A DNA stretch of 64,000 bases from Thermoleophilia bacterium (GCA_014859345.1 JACUUL010000001.1:2720-66719); one strand, 5' to 3'. Positions 36,741 through 47,287 are shown, counted from the stretch's first letter. The notes: generated by a model from the letters alone, not told the origin. Made by a program: numbers and translations.

Positions 36741-38030
36741 TCATGCTCCCGGAACCGGTTTGTCACCCGTGAAGATGATCACCGGATTTTGCTTCTGCCA
36801 GTTATCTTTTGTTCTCCGCGCGACCGTCACCCGGGTCGCGGTGAGGTGCTTCAGGTCAGATTGCCCGAACTGCTGGTGGGCGATTTCCTTGGTTTTTTGA
36901 AGGAGCGCGGTCACCACGATGCGCCCGCCAGGAGCCAGCGCCCTGACGGCAGTCTTGAATATCGGAGCCAGCATCCCCCCGTTGCCGCCGATGATCACCA
37001 GATCGGGCGTAGCCAGGGTTTCCAGCCCCTCGGGAGCCTCCGCGCACACAACCTCCACCCGGGCGCCGAAGCGGCTGGCATTGGCTGCGGCCAGATGGCA
37101 CGCAGCCGGGTCCCGGTCAACGGCGATCACCTGCGCGGCGGGTTCCAGCAGCGAACATTCTACGCCGTACGAGCCGGTTCCGGTTCCTATATCCCAGATG
37201 ACCCGTCGTCCCGCCGGCCGGGCCCTGGATAGCATCACGGCCCGGATCTCGGACTTGGAAAGGGGAATCCCTGCCGCCCTGAGCCACAACCCGTCGGGAA
37301 TCCCGGGCGCGGGGGCCGGCGAAGGGATACGCTCATCCGGAGCTCCGCCCAGCGGCGCGTCGGCCTTTCGGTTCTCTCCGGGACTCCCTTGGGCAGACGG
37401 CCTTACCAGCAACAGGGAATGTCCGGGAAAAACCCCGGCCGCGATTTCCCGCAGGCTTCCTTCCCTGACAAGCTCTTCTTCTTCGCCCAGAAAGGCTCCG
37501 ACCGCAGCCTCACAATCAGGCATCGTGTCAAGCAGCCGCCCGGCAATCGCCTGTGGGGGGTTGCTCTCGTCACAGAAATACAGCACCGGCCCCGAAGGCG
37601 GTTCCCCAGACGCCTCGGCCGCCCGCCCATGCAGGCTGATAAGCCGCCAGTCCTGCCAGGGAAGACGCAGGCGCGCCGACATGAGCTGCACCGAGGAGAT
37701 TCCCGGCAACACCCTGATCCTGTCCTTGAAATGTTTCATCAGGTAGGAAAGAATGCTGTAACAGCCGGGATCCCCGCTGGTCAACACGCAAACGTCGGCC
37801 TGTTCCAGATGGCCGGCGATGAAATCCCGGGCCTCTTCGAAATCGGCGCCGATGGCGTGAGTCGATTCCGCCCCGGGAGCCAGATCGTCGGCCAGCCTGA
37901 GCAGCCGGGCGGCGCCCGCGAACACCCGGCAGCCGGCTATGGCCTGCCTGGCCTGAGCGGTCAGAAGACCGGGAGATCCGGAACCGGCGCCGACTACGAA
38001 CAGTGTGTGCCTGCCGTGGGTCATGGACAT
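36741..38030 (-). CDS. cbiET: Fused cobalt-precorrin-6B/7 C5,C15-methyltransferase, decarboxylating (CbiE-CbiT)
   Basis: N-terminal tetrapyrrole methylase domain (LFVVGAGSGSPGLLT). C-terminal class I SAM MTase (VIWDIGTGTGSYGVE). Confidence 0.8.
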   Translation of the reverse strand: MSMTHGRHTLFVVGAGSGSPGLLTAQARQAIAGCRVFAGAARLLRLADDLAPGAESTHAIGADFEEARDFIAGHLEQADVCVLTSGDPGCYSILSYLMKHFKDRIRVLPGISSVQLMSARLRLPWQDWRLISLHGRAAEASGEPPSGPVLYFCDESNPPQAIAGRLLDTMPDCEAAVGAFLGEEEELVREGSLREIAAGVFPGHSLLLVRPSAQGSPGENRKADAPLGGAPDERIPSPAPAPGIPDGLWLRAAGIPLSKSEIRAVMLSRARPAGRRVIWDIGTGTGSYGVECSLLEPAAQVIAVDRDPAACHLAAANASRFGARVEVVCAEAPEGLETLATPDLVIIGGNGGMLAPIFKTAVRALAPGGRIVVTALLQKTKEIAHQQFGQSDLKHLTATRVTVARRTKDNWQKQNPVIIFTGDKPVPGA

Positions 38031-38079
38031 GCCTTGCCAAATCTGTTTTTCAAGCTTTCAGTCATTCGGTATTACGTGC

Positions 38080-39183
38080 TTATCCGGAGCGGCCCACGAC
38101 CCGGCCGCCGCCGTCGGTCAGCAAAACCAGGGCCTTGAAGCCATACTCTTTCTTCACCCGCGCCGCCACCCGGCCGGCGGCGACGTCCAGCACTTCGAAA
38201 TCGCCCGCGCGGCGCAGGCTGCGGATTGCCGCCTCTGTGGTGGGCATCATTTCCAGCGCCGCTGCCCTTTCGCCGCTCAGTCCCGCGGCCGTGGCGCATT
38301 CCGCGAGCACGTCCAGCGGCATGGCAGACCGGCGCGAATGGGTATCGAAATCTCCACGGGCCATCTTGGCCAGCTTTGACACATGGCCGGCAAGCACGAC
38401 CTGCCTGAATCCCCTGTCCCGGGCCGCGCCCAGCATCATGCCGAAGAAATTGCCGGCGTGAATCACGGCTTCCGGCTGGCAGCCGGCCCCGATCGCGGCC
38501 TTTTCGCCCTTGGCCCCTGGCACCAGGACCGGTTCCCTTACCCCGGATGCCCGGGCCACATCCAGTTGCGGCAAAAGTGAATCCTGGTACGCGGCTACAG
38601 ACCAGGGTTCCACCCGTCCGGTCGTACCCAGGATGCTGAGCCCGCCCGATATGCCCAGCCTGGGATTAAACGTCCTCCGGGCCAGCCGGCCGCCCCCGGG
38701 TATGGAAACGGTGATGTCGGCTCCCTGCGGCAGCGCCAGCCGCGCCTCGGCCCGTATCTGCTTTAAGGGGGTTGGGTTGATGGCCGGCCGGCCGGGCTTG
38801 ACCGGCAGGCCTTCCCGGGTCACCAGACCGACGCCCTCCCCGCCTTTGACGAGCACGCGGCCGTCCCGCCGCGGGCTCGCGCGAACCGTGATCGTGACGC
38901 CGTCGGTGATGTCGGGATCGTCGCCCGCGTTCTTGACTACGGAGCAGGCTCCATCACCGTTCATGGTCACTTGAAAGACGGCTGCTTCCCCGCCGGGCAA
39001 AACGATCTCCACCGAACCGGCCTTCCCCGGGTTCGCCGGATAACCGTCATCACTATTGCCCAACCGGGGCAGGGAACCGGTGGCCGCCATCAGCGCCGCT
39101 GCCCGGGTGGCCGCCTGGGCGCACGCGCCGGTGGTGTAACCCCTGGCCGGCTTTTGGCTTTTTTTCTTGCCAGATTCCTTCAT
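38080..39183 (-). CDS. cbiD: Cobalt-precorrin-5B (C1)-methyltransferase
   Basis: RGYTTGACAQAATRAA. Start at ATG 39183 (MKESGKKK). Confidence 0.8.
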   Translation of the reverse strand: MKESGKKKSQKPARGYTTGACAQAATRAAALMAATGSLPRLGNSDDGYPANPGKAGSVEIVLPGGEAAVFQVTMNGDGACSVVKNAGDDPDITDGVTITVRASPRRDGRVLVKGGEGVGLVTREGLPVKPGRPAINPTPLKQIRAEARLALPQGADITVSIPGGGRLARRTFNPRLGISGGLSILGTTGRVEPWSVAAYQDSLLPQLDVARASGVREPVLVPGAKGEKAAIGAGCQPEAVIHAGNFFGMMLGAARDRGFRQVVLAGHVSKLAKMARGDFDTHSRRSAMPLDVLAECATAAGLSGERAAALEMMPTTEAAIRSLRRAGDFEVLDVAAGRVAARVKKEYGFKALVLLTDGGGRVVGRSG

Positions 39184-39217
39184 TTCCAAGGCGATCTTCA
39201 GTCTGCCGTCCGCGTTT

Positions 39218-40054
39218 TCAGACCTGGGCGGGCTCGATCCCGCTTCGCGCCAGCAGCCGCCGCTCAAGCTCCTTGCGGGCCATGCCCACCGTGAGAGGCA
39301 GTTCGGTCAGATCGGGAAACACTTCAAAGAGATACGAGATGCGCGGCAGCCGCAGATGGCAGCGCTCGATCAGCCCCCGGCTGCCGAAGACCTCCTTCAG
39401 TCCGCCCCTGACCGCAACCCGTCCGGACCTGAGCAGGCAGACCTGTTCCGCGTAGAGCGGTATCAGGTCTACGTCATGGGTAGCCATGACGATCGTCATG
39501 CCGGCGCGGTTGAGACTGAGCAGCAGACGCATGATGCGTTTCTCTCCCATTGGATCCAGGCTGGCGGTGGGCTCATCCAGGATGAGCACCCGCGGCTGCA
39601 TGGCGAGCACCCCGGCTATTGACAGCCGTTTTTTCTGTCCATGGCTCAGATGATGGATGGGCCGCCCCAGCAGGCTGTGGATTCCCACCTGAGCGGCGGC
39701 CGCCTCCACCCGCCGCCCGACCTCATGGTCAGACAGGCCCAGGTTGCGCGGACCGTAAGCTATGTCATCCTCCACGGTGGGGGCAAAAATCTGGTCATTG
39801 GGATCCTGAAAGACGAAACCCGCTATCCTGTTAATCTTCTCGAAACTCTTCTTTTCCACAGAAATCCCGTTCACGGCCACTGTGCCAGCCTGGGCTGCCA
39901 GCAGCCCGTTCAGGTGCTTGAGCAGCGTCGATTTCCCGGAGCCGTTGGCTCCCATAACCGCCAGGAAAGACCCCTCCGCCACCTCGAGCGACACTTCTTC
40001 CAAAGCCTTGACGCCGCCTGGATAAGTGAAGCAGAGATTTCTGACGCTGATCAC
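39218..40054 (-). CDS. cbiO: Cobalt ECF transporter ATP-binding subunit
   Basis: Walker A GANGSGKST, ABC signature, Walker B ILILDEPTASLD. A probable GTG start at 40054 forms a GTGA overlap with the cbiQ stop. The track ORF extends further upstream. Confidence 0.8.
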   Translation of the reverse strand: MISVRNLCFTYPGGVKALEEVSLEVAEGSFLAVMGANGSGKSTLLKHLNGLLAAQAGTVAVNGISVEKKSFEKINRIAGFVFQDPNDQIFAPTVEDDIAYGPRNLGLSDHEVGRRVEAAAAQVGIHSLLGRPIHHLSHGQKKRLSIAGVLAMQPRVLILDEPTASLDPMGEKRIMRLLLSLNRAGMTIVMATHDVDLIPLYAEQVCLLRSGRVAVRGGLKEVFGSRGLIERCHLRLPRISYLFEVFPDLTELPLTVGMARKELERRLLARSGIEPAQV

Positions 40055-40818
40055 CGCCAGCCCTCCAGGGCCAGAACCACAAGAAGGACAAGCAGCAGGG
40101 CAGTCGCCAGCCCCGCGCCCACGTCGAGGCGCGACGGCCGGGGCAGGTTCCCGGATACCAGCGAACCGGCTCCGCGGCAGCTCATCGCCTCCGCCGAGCG
40201 CAGGCCCCTCTCGTATACCCTGAGAAAAAGCGATCCTCCCAGCATCCTGCTGCTGGAAAGGCCCGCGGCCGCCGAGGTCCACCCCAGGCGCGACCGCTGA
40301 GCCTCGCGCATCCGCGCGTACTCGGCGTATATATCAAATAAATACCGGTAGGTTAAAAGCACCACTTCGACAAATGTGGCCGGCACCCGGAACCAGCGGA
40401 GGGCCATGCAAAGGCGGTTGATGGGCGTGGTCACTCCCAGAACAACCACGACCAGCGCGCCTGATACCACGCGAAGGGAAAGATAAATGCCGTGAAGCAG
40501 GCCGTCCAGATGCAAGTCGATAAACCAAAGGCTGGCAAAGACCGCCCGGCCCTCAAAAACGGTCTGGGAAGCGATGATGAAAATGGCGAAAGTCGCGGGG
40601 AAAGCGATCATTATCAGCTGGCGCCGGTAGGGAACGCGGCCCGCAACCATAAGCAGCAGCATCGCAAAGGATATGACGAGGGGCACCAGGAATGTGGCGG
40701 CCAGCAGGTTCACCGCCAGCAGGCCGGCCACCGACGCTATCTTCACCCGCGGGTCTACCCGGGAGAGCCAGCCGCCGCTCCAGGCGTAATCGTCTCTGCC
40801 ATGTGACGCTCCGGTCAT
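40051..40818 (-). CDS. cbiQ: Cobalt ECF transporter transmembrane (T) component
   Basis: 255 aa polytopic membrane protein, EcfT/CbiQ pattern, located between cbiN and cbiO. Confidence 0.8.
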   Translation of the reverse strand: MTGASHGRDDYAWSGGWLSRVDPRVKIASVAGLLAVNLLAATFLVPLVISFAMLLLMVAGRVPYRRQLIMIAFPATFAIFIIASQTVFEGRAVFASLWFIDLHLDGLLHGIYLSLRVVSGALVVVVLGVTTPINRLCMALRWFRVPATFVEVVLLTYRYLFDIYAEYARMREAQRSRLGWTSAAAGLSSSRMLGGSLFLRVYERGLRSAEAMSCRGAGSLVSGNLPRPSRLDVGAGLATALLLVLLVVLALEGWR

Positions 40819-41168
40819 CGGGTACGCTCCTTGCCGGACGCTCCAGCAGCGGCTCGGGGCGGAAGACGGGCTCCGCTGTTTTCGTCCGGATTAGGATTAC
40901 GGCCGGCTTCTTTCTCCCTGCCGCCGGCAAAGAGAACGCGCCAGTAATAGCCGGCCGCGAAACCGGCGGCGGCTCCCCCGGCCAGAAAGAGGAAAAGCAG
41001 CAAATCTCCATCGATGCTCCAGGGCAGGATCCGGGACTCGCCGGCGCCGGCTTCAGCGGCCAGCGAGAGCGAGACTGCCTCCGTGATATCGCCGTCCCAT
41101 TGGGACCGGGTCAGGAACACGCTCGTTAAAAACACGGCAACAAGCATCAGAATGATCAAGCGTTTCAC
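40815..41168 (-). CDS. cbiN: Cobalt transport protein CbiN
   Basis: 117 aa, two TM helices, typical size and position between cbiM and cbiQ. Confidence 0.7.
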   Translation of the reverse strand: MKRLIILMLVAVFLTSVFLTRSQWDGDITEAVSLSLAAEAGAGESRILPWSIDGDLLLFLFLAGGAAAGFAAGYYWRVLFAGGREKEAGRNPNPDENSGARLPPRAAAGASGKERTR

Positions 41169-41824
41169 GGGCGCATCACCACCCCGGCCAGCAACTCGGC
41201 CCGTTGCCTGGCGATAAAGACAACCACCCCTGCCGTGAGCAGGCCCTCGGCGATGGCCAGCGGAACCTGCGTCGGCAAGAAAGAGGCGAAAGCGGCGGCC
41301 CAGACCAGGGTCACAGGCTCCTGACCGTGCAGCGATAACGCCAGCTGCAGAGCCGTGATGGCGTAAGTGACCAGGTCGCCGGTAAAGCCGGCCATGCCGG
41401 CGGCTGCGCCAATGCCGAATCCCAGCCGGCGGGAAACCCTGAAGGCGGCGAACCCTGCCAGTGACCCGCCGATCGCCATGGCGAAAACGTTTGCTCCCCA
41501 GGTGGTGATGCCGCCATGCGCGAAAAACAGGGCCTGCAGGAGCAAGGCCACCGCTCCCAGCACTATCGCTGTCAGGGGTCCCAGAATGATGGCCGCCAGC
41601 GGCGTGCCGCAGGGGTGGGAGACGGTGCCCAGGCCCGGCACAGGCACCGGCATCAGTGAAATCACGAACACGAAGGCGCCCAGCAGTCCCACCAGCGCCC
41701 GGGTCTGGGGCAGTTCGTTAAACCTCTTCCTGAGGCTTGCCAGTCCCGTACCTATGAAAGCAAGCGCCGGCGCGTACCAGGCCAACGCCTGTCCGGCGGG
41801 TATCAAGCCTTCCGGGATATGCAT
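41165..41824 (-). CDS. cbiM: Cobalt ECF transporter substrate-capture component CbiM
   Basis: MHIPEGLIPAG N-terminus, hallmark of CbiM/NikM. The ATG at 41824 overlaps the stop of the upstream gene (TGATG). Confidence 0.85.
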   Translation of the reverse strand: MHIPEGLIPAGQALAWYAPALAFIGTGLASLRKRFNELPQTRALVGLLGAFVFVISLMPVPVPGLGTVSHPCGTPLAAIILGPLTAIVLGAVALLLQALFFAHGGITTWGANVFAMAIGGSLAGFAAFRVSRRLGFGIGAAAGMAGFTGDLVTYAITALQLALSLHGQEPVTLVWAAAFASFLPTQVPLAIAEGLLTAGVVVFIARQRAELLAGVVMRP

Positions 41825-43068
41825 CAGGATCTCCTCATCCGGCCGCAATTTCCTCCGGCATGGATACCGGTGGCGTTTGGGCCGCGGGCGTCCCTGGGCG
41901 CGCCGGCGGCTGCCAGCCGCATCAGCGCGTTGGCGGCGGCAACGGCCACGTTGCTGCCGCCCCGGTGTCCGGGAAGGGTTATGTGGGGCAGGCCGGAATC
42001 CATCAGCGCCCGCTTGCTCTCAGCGGCGCCGATAAAGCCTACCGGGACCCCCACTATCAGAGCCGGCCGCGCCCCGGTTTCTTCTGCCAGCCGCAGGCAT
42101 TCGAACAGGGCGGTGGGGGCGTTGCCGATGACGATGATAGCGTCGCCGAGAGCGCCCGCGGCTCGGCGGATTCCCGCCGCGCCGCGCGTAATCCCTTCCC
42201 TTCGCGCCAGATTTAGTGTTTCCTCGCCGGTGATGCGGCAGCAGACATCCAGTCCCATCCTGGCGGCGGTGGGCTCTATCCCCGCCGCGACCATTTTGAC
42301 GTCACAGATGATCCGGGCATCCCCTCTGCCGGAGCTGCCGCTGGCCCTGGCGCCCCTCCAGCCGCCAGCATCCAATCCCCTGCCGGCATCGTTTCCGGTC
42401 CCGACATCATCATCTGCGCCGGTGCAGCCCGCGGCGGCGGCGCCATTCTCGAGGATGCGGAGGGCGGATCCGACAGCATCCCTGGAGAAAACCAGTTCTC
42501 CGGCCAGCCCCGGATCGCCGGTGGCATGAACCACGCGCCTGGTTATCTGATACTCGGGCGAAGCCGGATCGGAAGGCTTCAACATCTGGTCGATGACCTC
42601 AAAACTTTCTGACTCGATCGGGTGCTGGGGAAGGCTGGCGCGTTCGCTGCTGCCTGGAGGCGGACCGCTGCCACAGCGGCCGGCTACCGACTCTTCGATC
42701 CTGGCCAGCATCACATCCACCAGCCGTGAATCGGCGCCCAGCGAGCCGGCCAGGACCAGTTCGACCCCGGGAAGTTCCGTTTCCAGCTTTCTCAGCTCTT
42801 CGGGGATGTCAAGTTTCATGTGATTCCCGGCAAACAGGAAATATGGAGTCACCACGATTCGGCGGACGCCTCCGGCAGCCAGGTGGCGGCAGGATTCCGC
42901 CAGTGTGGGACGGTTAAACTGAAGTGAAGCCGCCGTCACCGGATATTCACAACGAGCGGCCAGCCGCCCGGCGACCCATTCCAGCAGCAGCGCTGCCTCC
43001 GGCGCCCGGCTGCCGTGCCCCAGCACCACCACGCCTGTTTTCAAAGCGTTGCCGAATTTTGCCGTCAT
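41824..43068 (-). CDS. cbiXC: Fused sirohydrochlorin cobaltochelatase (small CbiX-type) / cobalt-precorrin-8 methylmutase (CbiC)
   Basis: N-terminus VVVLGHGSRAPEA...PYFLFAGNH (CbiX). C-terminus IVIGNAPTALFECLRL...IVGVPVGFIGAAESK (CbiC). Confidence 0.7.
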   Translation of the reverse strand: MTAKFGNALKTGVVVLGHGSRAPEAALLLEWVAGRLAARCEYPVTAASLQFNRPTLAESCRHLAAGGVRRIVVTPYFLFAGNHMKLDIPEELRKLETELPGVELVLAGSLGADSRLVDVMLARIEESVAGRCGSGPPPGSSERASLPQHPIESESFEVIDQMLKPSDPASPEYQITRRVVHATGDPGLAGELVFSRDAVGSALRILENGAAAAGCTGADDDVGTGNDAGRGLDAGGWRGARASGSSGRGDARIICDVKMVAAGIEPTAARMGLDVCCRITGEETLNLARREGITRGAAGIRRAAGALGDAIIVIGNAPTALFECLRLAEETGARPALIVGVPVGFIGAAESKRALMDSGLPHITLPGHRGGSNVAVAAANALMRLAAAGAPRDARGPNATGIHAGGNCGRMRRS

Positions 43069-44534
43069 GCCGCCCTCCCGGACCCGGCGCAGGCTTCGAC
43101 GAAGCGTGCAGCCGCGCCATGATCCCCGGCGAAATGAATATGAACATACGAGGCCAGCAGGTTCCCCCGGCAGAAGCCATCCTGCTCCACTTCAGGCCGT
43201 TTGCTGGAAAAACAGTCGTAAGCCAGGCGGTCTTCCTGCCATTTGACCCGGGACCAGTGAAACTCGTGGCCTCGAACGCGTTCGCCTGCCTCCATCAGGA
43301 TGTTCGAAACCCGCGCCCTGGCTTCCACGTATCCCAGCGCCTGCCGGCGGCCGGTCATCCGGGCCTCGCTGTCAATGACCCCGGCCATCTCCCGGCGGCG
43401 GCCATTGACCTCCACTCCCCGGCAAAGATACACCATGCCGCCACACTCGGCATACGCCGGCAGGCCTGCCCGCAAGGCCGCCGCCACGGAGCGGCGCATG
43501 GCGCTGTTGGCTTCCAGCTGGCCGGCGAACACTTCCGGAAAGCCGCCGCCCAGATACAGGCCCTCGCAGGCGGGCAGGCCCTCATCGCGCAGCGGGCTGA
43601 ACCGGACCAGTTCGGCGCCGGCAGCTTCCAGCGCCTCCAGTCCGTCCGCATAATAAAAAGAGAAGGCCTCGTCCCTGGCCACTGCGATGCGCGGGCAGCG
43701 CCCGCCGGAATGATTCGGGCCCGGAGCAGCCTTGCCAGAGCCGCCTTCTGCCGCCATTTTTTCCGCCGGCCTGTCCGGGCCGGATCCGGTTTGTGCGCCC
43801 GGGATTCCCTGATTCTTCAACGGGCCTGCGTCTCTCGCAGATCCGCCGCCGGCGCCGCCGGCCATGGCAGCCACGGCTTCGATGTCGACGTTTCGCCCGA
43901 CGTGGTCGATGATGCTTTCCATCTTCCGGCCTGCTGCCTCCAGTTCGCTTTCCGGCACCAGGCCCAGTTGCCGCGAGCCCAGCGTTATGCCTTCCGCCCG
44001 CGGAATCTCGCCCAGAACCGGCACCCCCGCCTCGCGGGCGGCGTCCCTGAGAACGCGGGCGTGACCGGGGCTGCCCACGTTGTTTAAGATGACCCCCGCC
44101 AGGTCAATACTCCGGTCGAACCGGTCAAACCCCGTCAGCAGCGGAGCCAGGCTGCGGCCCAGCCGGGCGCAGTCGGCCACCAGCACCACAACGGCGCCGG
44201 TCAAACGCGCCATTTCGGCAGTGCTTCCCTCATCCCTGCCGCCGGCGCGCCCGTCGAACAGTCCCATCACTCCCTCGATGACGCCGATGTCCGCTCCGGC
44301 GGCGCCCCGGGCGTAAATTCTGCTTACCACCGCAGGCGATGTGAGCCAGGTATCAAGATTACGGGACAAGACTCCCGTCGCTCTCTGATGATAACCCGGG
44401 TCTATATAATCCGGGCCAACCTTGAAAGGAGCCACCGTAAAACCCTGCCGCCGCAAAGCCCCCATAATCCCGGTGGCGACAGTGGTCTTTCCAACGCCGC
44501 TGGCGTGTCCGGCTATTACCAGCGGGCGCTTCAC
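43065..44534 (-). CDS. cbiA: Cobyrinate a,c-diamide synthase
   Basis: MKRPLVIAGHASGVGKTTVATGIMGAL, plus a C-terminal glutamine amidotransferase domain. Confidence 0.85.
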   Translation of the reverse strand: MKRPLVIAGHASGVGKTTVATGIMGALRRQGFTVAPFKVGPDYIDPGYHQRATGVLSRNLDTWLTSPAVVSRIYARGAAGADIGVIEGVMGLFDGRAGGRDEGSTAEMARLTGAVVVLVADCARLGRSLAPLLTGFDRFDRSIDLAGVILNNVGSPGHARVLRDAAREAGVPVLGEIPRAEGITLGSRQLGLVPESELEAAGRKMESIIDHVGRNVDIEAVAAMAGGAGGGSARDAGPLKNQGIPGAQTGSGPDRPAEKMAAEGGSGKAAPGPNHSGGRCPRIAVARDEAFSFYYADGLEALEAAGAELVRFSPLRDEGLPACEGLYLGGGFPEVFAGQLEANSAMRRSVAAALRAGLPAYAECGGMVYLCRGVEVNGRRREMAGVIDSEARMTGRRQALGYVEARARVSNILMEAGERVRGHEFHWSRVKWQEDRLAYDCFSSKRPEVEQDGFCRGNLLASYVHIHFAGDHGAAARFVEACAGSGRAA

Positions 44535-45625
44535 GCCAGCGCCTTTTTCAGTGCGGAAATCAACTGGTAGTTCTCCTGGTCCGAGCGCACCGCCACCCGG
44601 ATGAACCGGTTGCCCAATTCCGGGAAGGAGCGGCAGTCACGCACCATAATGCCCATGCGCCCCAGGCAGTCAGCCAATTCATCCGAACCGGCGGTAGCGA
44701 GACGGCAGAGGATGAAATTCGCCTCCGATGGCAACGGGTCGATGCCGGGCAGGGAAGCCAGAGCCCGGAACAGCCGGAAACGGGACCGGAAGTTCACCCG
44801 TCTGGCCTCGAGCAGATAGGCGGTATCCGCCAGGGCCGCCCTGCCGGCGGCACGGGCAAAGACGTTTATATTCCAGGGAGGCATCATCTCCCGCAGCGAC
44901 AGGGCAAAATCCTCCCGCGCAACCAGGCAGCCCAGCCTCAGGCCCGCCAAGGCATGCGATTTGGTAAAAGAACGCACGACGAAGATTCCCTCTGCGGCAT
45001 CCCCGGTCAGGACAGAGGCGCCCTCACCGGCGAAATCGATGAAAGCCTCATCCACCACCAGGCCGGCGCCGGCGGCCCGGCATTGCCGCCACAACCAGAC
45101 GACTTCATCAGCCGGGACCAGATAGCCGGTGGGATTATTGGGATTGCAGAGAAACACCAGGTCATGACCCGCCGGGCGGATCCGTCTCACATCAAGAGCA
45201 AAATCTTCCTCTTCCCTTAACTTGAAGGAGTCGCAGGCGGCGCCGGCCGGCACGCAGGCGCGGCGGTACTCGGAAAATGTCGGTTCCACGACCAGGACCC
45301 GCGCGGGCTTGAGGGCTCTGACCAGCCAGTAAAGAACCTCGATGCTGCCGTTTCCGGGAACTACCCGGCAGGCAGGCACGTCCAGATATGCAGCCATCTG
45401 CTCCGCCAGTCCGGCCGCGTCCTCTTCCGGATAGTGGGAGATCTCCAAAGCCGCTCCCCTGACGGCAGCGGCCACCCCGGCAGGCGGTCCCAGCGGGTTG
45501 ATGCTGGCGCTGAAATCGAGAAGTTCCTCTTTGGGGATTCTGTAGCGCCGGGCAGCATCATCACGCCGGCCGCCATGGACCGGCGCCTTCCCGGACAACG
45601 TATCGGTATTACGCAAATCAGTCAT
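44531..45625 (-). CDS. cobD: L-threonine-O-3-phosphate decarboxylase (aminotransferase class I/II fold)
   Basis: Histidinol-phosphate aminotransferase-like PLP enzyme, positioned between cbiA and cobO/cbiB as in cob operons. Confidence 0.65.
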   Translation of the reverse strand: MTDLRNTDTLSGKAPVHGGRRDDAARRYRIPKEELLDFSASINPLGPPAGVAAAVRGAALEISHYPEEDAAGLAEQMAAYLDVPACRVVPGNGSIEVLYWLVRALKPARVLVVEPTFSEYRRACVPAGAACDSFKLREEEDFALDVRRIRPAGHDLVFLCNPNNPTGYLVPADEVVWLWRQCRAAGAGLVVDEAFIDFAGEGASVLTGDAAEGIFVVRSFTKSHALAGLRLGCLVAREDFALSLREMMPPWNINVFARAAGRAALADTAYLLEARRVNFRSRFRLFRALASLPGIDPLPSEANFILCRLATAGSDELADCLGRMGIMVRDCRSFPELGNRFIRVAVRSDQENYQLISALKKALA

Positions 45626-45704
45626 TCAAACTCCATCGTCGGCAGCAGTTTTCCGGAAACCTTCCGCGGTGGAAAGAAAGCGATCTTCCCGACCGTCCGG
45701 ACGT

Positions 45705-46298
45705 TCAATATTCCGTTCCTTCCCGGGCCCGGATACCATTCCGGAACGGGTGTTTGATCTTCTTCATTTCCGTGACGTAATCACAAATCTCCACCAGCTC
45801 CGGAGGCGCGTGCCTGCCTGTCAGCACCAACTCCAGGCTGTCGGCCTTGTCCCTGACAACCTCGATCAACTCCTGAAGAGGCACGAGTTCCTGCTTGACC
45901 ACATGGGTTACCTCATCAAGTATGACCAGGTCGTGATTGCCGCTTTTCACCAGCTCTTTCGAAACCTCCCACCCCCGGGCTACCGTCTGCCCGCTTTCCT
46001 CAACTTCACGTTTTTCTTCTTCCGTGGCGAACCGGGAGGCGCCGAACCGCTGGATGGTGAACGGCCCGTCCATCTTTTCCACGAACACTATCTCTCCCGT
46101 CTTCATCTTCGTGCGTTTCAGAAACTGGACCATGGCTACCCGGCGATCCCGCCCCAGTGCCCTGAGGGCCAGACCCAGAGCCGCGGTGGTCTTTCCCTTG
46201 CCGTCTCCGGTGTACAGATGAACCAGTCCCTGCCTGCGGGTCTGCTCCCAGATGACTTGCGCCAGCAGGTCATGATCCGGGGGTCTCTGGTCGTTCAT
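45705..46298 (-). CDS. cobO: Cob(I)yrinic acid a,c-diamide adenosyltransferase (CobA/BtuR type)
   Basis: HLYTGDGKGKTTAALGLALRALG P-loop. Start at ATG 46298, directly after the cbiB stop. Confidence 0.8.
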   Translation of the reverse strand: MNDQRPPDHDLLAQVIWEQTRRQGLVHLYTGDGKGKTTAALGLALRALGRDRRVAMVQFLKRTKMKTGEIVFVEKMDGPFTIQRFGASRFATEEEKREVEESGQTVARGWEVSKELVKSGNHDLVILDEVTHVVKQELVPLQELIEVVRDKADSLELVLTGRHAPPELVEICDYVTEMKKIKHPFRNGIRAREGTEY

Positions 46299-47287
46299 GG
46301 CCCGCCTCCGGTGCTTGAAACCCGCCTTCTTCCTCCGAGGCCCGCCAGCCATCTGAGCGCGGTGCCCGCTGCCAGGATCACCAGGGCCACGCCGTACATG
46401 AGACTGACAGCCCGGCCGATGTCGGCGCGGCCGGGAGGCCGTCCGGTTCCCATGGGCCGGGCATCAACCCTGCGGCCTCCATAGCAGCGGGCGCCTCCCA
46501 GACCGACTCCGAGGGCGCCCGCGAAGGCGGCCTCGCAAACGCCGGCGTTGGGGCTCTCGTGCCCGGCCCCGTCACTTAGCCAGACCTGGAGCGCTCTCCT
46601 GGCGTCGGCCCTTGCCAAGGGGCTTGCGACAACCGTTGCCAGCGCCGTGAGCCGCGCCGGCGCGTAACCGGCCAGATCATCAAGGCGGGCGGCTGCCCAG
46701 CCGAAGTCACGGTAGCGGTCGTTTTTGTAACCAATCATCGAATCCATGGTGTTAACCATCCTGTATGACAAAGCCAGCGGCGCTCCCCCGATGAACCCGT
46801 AAAACATGGGGGCCACGATCCCGTCATTGGTGTTCTCCGCCACGCTTTCCACCGCGGCCCTGGCCACCCCGGCCTCGTCCAGGCGGCCGGTGTCGCGGCC
46901 GACGATGCGAGCCACCTGCAGGCGGCCGGTTTCCAGGCTGTCGCCCAGTCCCTCCTCCACGTCGCGGGCCGCCTCTCCGAGGGAGCGTACGGTGATTGCC
47001 GAGGCCAGCATGGCCGCCTCGGCAACTCCGGCCAGGCGGCGCGGCGCAATCCTCAGTATTCCCCGGGCGGCAAGATAAGTACCCGCGGGCAGCGCCACGG
47101 CGATCAATATCCCGGCCAGGCGCCTCCAACCCGGGTTCAGTCCAGCCCTGTCCGCCGCCCTTTCAGCTTGCTCCACAACTTTTCCCATCAGGCAGACGGG
47201 ATGCACGGCCTCGGCCGGCTCTCCCACGGCCAGATCCAGCGCCAGCGCCAGTCCCGGCTTCATGCCCGGGCCAATGTTTCCGGGCAT
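46295..47287 (-). CDS. cbiB: Adenosylcobinamide-phosphate synthase
   Basis: ALALDLAVGEPAEAVHPVCLMGK, CbiB/CobD membrane protein pattern. Confidence 0.8.
   Translation of the reverse strand: MPGNIGPGMKPGLALALDLAVGEPAEAVHPVCLMGKVVEQAERAADRAGLNPGWRRLAGILIAVALPAGTYLAARGILRIAPRRLAGVAEAAMLASAITVRSLGEAARDVEEGLGDSLETGRLQVARIVGRDTGRLDEAGVARAAVESVAENTNDGIVAPMFYGFIGGAPLALSYRMVNTMDSMIGYKNDRYRDFGWAAARLDDLAGYAPARLTALATVVASPLARADARRALQVWLSDGAGHESPNAGVCEAAFAGALGVGLGGARCYGGRRVDARPMGTGRPPGRADIGRAVSLMYGVALVILAAGTALRWLAGLGGRRRVSSTGGGP

Noticed and set aside
36919-37746. 275-aa plus-strand ORF within cbiET, and similar plus-strand ORFs across the cob cluster (for example 42924-44087, 41367-42529)
   Set aside because: All are antisense to well-defined cobalamin biosynthesis genes and are Ala/Arg/Pro/Ser-rich shadow frames.
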